Below are positions 26,381-26,470 of a stretch of 26,470 nt of DNA, in pieces. Numbering within the stretch: position 1 is the first letter of the stretch; every line of letters starts with the position of its first letter. The stretch comes from a virus (taxonomy: Duplodnaviria > Heunggongvirae > Uroviricota > Caudoviricetes): the IMG/VR virus record IMGVR_UViG_2802429219_000004; one strand, 5' to 3'. The notes beneath the pieces are model-generated. The model did no database searches and had not been told where the DNA came from. It saw only the letters and a list, made by a program, of their open reading frames with translations. The translations under genes and the position numbers were made by a program.

Positions 26381-26470
26381 TCATGCCCGCTAAATACTTT
26401 CGTTACTGATGCTGTCCGCTTTCCACCATTTCATCATCACTGATTGGCGTTGTGTTTTTGGTCAGCACTC

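Overview
Read from sequence and the ORF track only; no database search was run, and all homology calls are from memory of the lambda protein families. The window is the minus-strand late (morphogenesis) region of a lambda-like prophage, in order right to left: terL, W, portal, ClpP-like protease/major-capsid fusion, DUF2190-like, FII-like, Z, U, V, G/GT, H, M, L, K, I and the 5' part of J. The terL gene is split exactly in register by a ~10.7 kb island (about 15080..25813) flanked by a 7-bp direct repeat CATCCAG. The island looks like a phage satellite (PICI-like): P4-type integrase next to the junction, AlpA-like regulator, Bro-N protein, primase/helicase followed by a GTGAACAG iteron origin, SSB, its own protease/capsid fusion paralog, its own small terminase, and two 73-bp cos-like repeats. 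It also carries a low-GC, opposite-strand two-gene cargo cassette (Arc-like regulator plus small membrane protein). Main findings: the satellite-in-terL insertion, the duplicated cos-like element, the island capsid paralog and the cargo cassette. The 5' end of terL is not resolved at the window edge.
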